Source: Amoebophrya sp. A120
Taxonomy: Eukaryota > Protista > Dinoflagellata
Length of the DNA: 64,000 nucleotides
Reading direction: 5' to 3'
NCBI GenBank assembly: GCA_905178155.1
Contig: CAJINV010000002.1
Location: 3,787,838-3,851,837 of the forward strand
Shown: positions 62,101-64,000 of the stretch, piece by piece
Layout: each line of letters opens with the position of its first letter
Numbering within the stretch: the stretch's first letter is position 1
Notes under the pieces: generated by a model
Databases searched by the model: none
The model's input: the letters and a program-made list of their open reading frames with translations, nothing else
What the model was told of the DNA's origin: nothing
Program-made: the position numbers and the translations under genes

Positions 62101-64000
62101 TGTAAATGACAAACCTTGCATCCTTGCAGACCCAGCCATATTTGCATTTGATACACAACTACCACTACCACGACCACCACCACGACCCACCCGTTACTAC
62201 CCCGGGGTTTTGATCTGCAGCTGAACATATCAAATGCAAAAGTGTCTGGGTCTGGAAGAATGCAACTTGTGTGTGATGCTGCATTTGGAAGTCTAAAAAA
62301 TTTGTGTTGCATGAGCAGCAAAAGGAGAGGGCATCTGTCATGCGGAGTAGGCGGGAAGAATCCCTTTAAATAATTGTGATGCTAGAAGGGCATGCATCTG
62401 AGACATCAGGGCTCATGCAAACCGTGCATGACAATTTCCAGACCCGGACATTTTTGCTTTTGATAGAACATTCCCACAGCTAATGTCGCCGATGCGCTCG
62501 CGGATCCGGACTTGGCAAACGCAATGATAGGACAGTGCACAACTCCCCCTCCCCCTCATTGGGATGGTATCCGCAGCATTGCAAGTTCTGGCAGAAATGT
62601 AGCTTTTGCATGACAGACAAATTTACGACTGATTGTAGTGCTGTTTCGGCTTCGGGAATCTGTCATGCATAGTAGTGGCACAAGGCAGAAGGTGGAGTTG
62701 GTGTTTTGCATGAGAAATGAGAACGAGGGGGAGTTGTGCAGTGTCATAAACGAAGGCCGCGGTTGTGAAATTTTTGCAGACCACAGCGGGGTTGAGCGAC
62801 CTCACTATGGAACAGGTGGAAGACTTAGAGATTAGGCCGAAGGAAGGGACGCAACCACCCAACGTAGAAGTGGAAGTGACTTTTCAGCTGCGGGTATTGT
62901 GAGGAAAAGCGTCCCCAAGAACCCAGAGGAAAGATTTGGGGATTTTTTCGCTACACAAACCTAGAAGTTTTTGGAGTCAACACGCATGACAGTTTATTTG
63001 GCGTCGGAGTGTAAAAGCTGTGTTTCGTAAAAGTGCATCCACAATAAATTTCAAAACACCGCTAGAAAACGTTTCTTATGGGGCTGCGCATGAGAAACAC
63101 TTTGAGATTGCAGGTTCTTCGCGTGGCAAGTTCATGGGGTTTTCTGACGTTTTTCCTCAGGATAGCGGGTTGAGCCAGACCTGGTTGACCAGGTCAATGC
63201 AGTTTGGAATCCCGACGAACCGATGGCACAGGGTAGCGACGCACTGGCTGCGTTGGGGAGTGCGCTCAAAGAGAGCGTGAATGAGAACGACGAGCTAAAC
63301 ACAGACATGACGGTGCCGGAGACTGGGGGTGTGGAAACAGTCATTGTGACAACGACGACAATATCCAGTGGATAATGATGATGTCGTGCTCTTTGGGTCT
63401 GGAAAATAAATGAACTTGTGATGCAAGCCTGGGCAGGATGTCTGTGCGCACTGCAAGACGCAACCAAGCATGACAAGTTTCTCAGCTCCTATGTTTTATT
63501 CTTGCGTATAATTCCGCATCGCAGGAGTGGCAAACTGTGTTTTTTCCTGACAGGCATTCTTCGTGACCATATGCGTCTTCACAGCAAATGCAGGATCATG
63601 CCAGACAAGCAGGACAAAAGATCTAGCCTTTTTCCGGACCCAAAGATCAATATTTCCGAATCCATAGACCACCACGACGACCCTCGATCCAAACAGTTCC
63701 CCACCGCCCACGCAGCTCCGGGCCTTGCAATTTGGTCTCAACGCGGGGGAAACCAAGACAACCGAGGAAAGCCAGGCGCTGCTTGCCAGCGCGGATTTCC
63801 GGAATGCGATTGTGATCGGGTTGCGAACGTTTTTCGTGGAAAAAAATCCGGAATTGAGTGAGGATTTATCGCTGGAAGACTTTCACCCCGTGGACATCAG
63901 CTTGGCGAGTGGCGGTGGTGCTGCGTCTGCTCTGTCGTCGTTCATACAAATGAAGCAGAAAAAGACTGGTCTGTGGTCCAGCACGACAACACGGGGCAGT
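50144..64000 (+). CDS. Very large repetitive surface/mucin-like protein: TSP1/spondin-like module, 16 x 48-aa Cys-rich repeats, then about 8 SEA-like modules separated by poly-Thr linkers; both ends incomplete
   Basis: DCTGSWS...C...TRKY...NGGAPC; repeated TTTTTTPTLLPRGFDL...LRSSVVAG...LTADQI.NLQI...FEV.FD.E.DP. Elements at 50163-50445, 50834-51074, 51109-51322, 51367-51638, 54215-54412, 54492-54751, 54816-55082, 55127-55395, 55474-55737, 56166-56384, 56828-57995, 58445-58613, 59063-59237, 59526-59790, 59822-60127, 60286-60515, 60676-60825, 60997-61245, 61528-61833, 61892-62153, 62228-62465, 62528-62748, 62895-63164, 63362-63666. The frame stays open to the window end. Confidence 0.8.
51864..54167 (+). 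repeat. Coding tandem repeat, 16 x 144 bp (48-aa, 6-Cys unit)
   Basis: Unit NCVVNTCKCEHGTPLTGPPTCVDHQTTVGCQQGTCNSGHHFEDDGSTK. Central copies appear identical and edge copies are diverged. Confidence 0.95.
56924..57917 (-). mobile_element. Second Helitron-like element of the same family nested in an introner
   Basis: Same termini on the + strand (CAAGGTC...GCGCGGGGACAGAGTCCCCGCGC ... GCTGCAGTTTAAATAGTAA). Inserted at GCATGAGAAA^TTTC; sister introns 58445-58613 and 59063-59237 show the empty site. Confidence 0.75.
62528..62748. mobile_element. Introner family I
   Basis: TAGGACAGTGCACAACTCCCCCTC ... GAGGGGGAGTTGTGCAGTGTCATA; repeat AATGA/AACGA. Possible relative at 30656-30883. Confidence 0.8.

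Noticed and set aside
971-63666. Recurring peptides in the ORF track (CKNVWVWK, PDPDIFAFD, KMSGSG) as a protein family or transposase
   Set aside because: They are translations of the non-coding TIRs in various frames. No DDE, reverse transcriptase or helicase motifs were seen.
757-63666. Interpreting the genes as MITE-riddled pseudogenes
   Set aside because: The exons translated show no stops or frameshifts and retain catalytic motifs despite dozens of insertions of different ages.

Overview
Eukaryotic (protist, alveolate-like) genomic DNA with four N-gaps. The window holds five or six multi-exon genes whose coding sequence is cut by about 80 short (145-330 bp) non-autonomous TIR elements, counted by eye and excluding a duplicated block. 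These belong to at least 9 TIR families. Nearly all begin TAT, end ATA and are flanked by a 5-bp direct repeat, and most lack GT-AG. Removing each element plus one copy of the repeat rejoins the exons in frame, so they behave as non-canonical introns (introners). This matches what is known for the parasitic syndinian dinoflagellate Amoebophrya, which is an inferred source. Genes rebuilt by hand: a two-cNMP-domain protein (minus strand, <757-4971), an FkbM-family methyltransferase (about 8137-24944), a type I membrane lectin/Cys-rich protein (25780-34211), two small secreted paralogues, and one or two large PAN/TSP1/Cys-repeat/SEA-like surface proteins (43113 to beyond 64000). Less expected: (i) mismatches between the repeat copies place the splice junction between repeat positions 4 and 5 and show stages of conversion to GT-AG introns; (ii) a Helitron-like element has inserted twice into the same conserved motif inside introners, once with a tandem array of its own terminal hairpin; (iii) a solo LTR and a Helentron-like element also sit inside introners; (iv) empty paralogous sites show intron gain directly. 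No rRNA, tRNA, CRISPR array or transposase was recognised.
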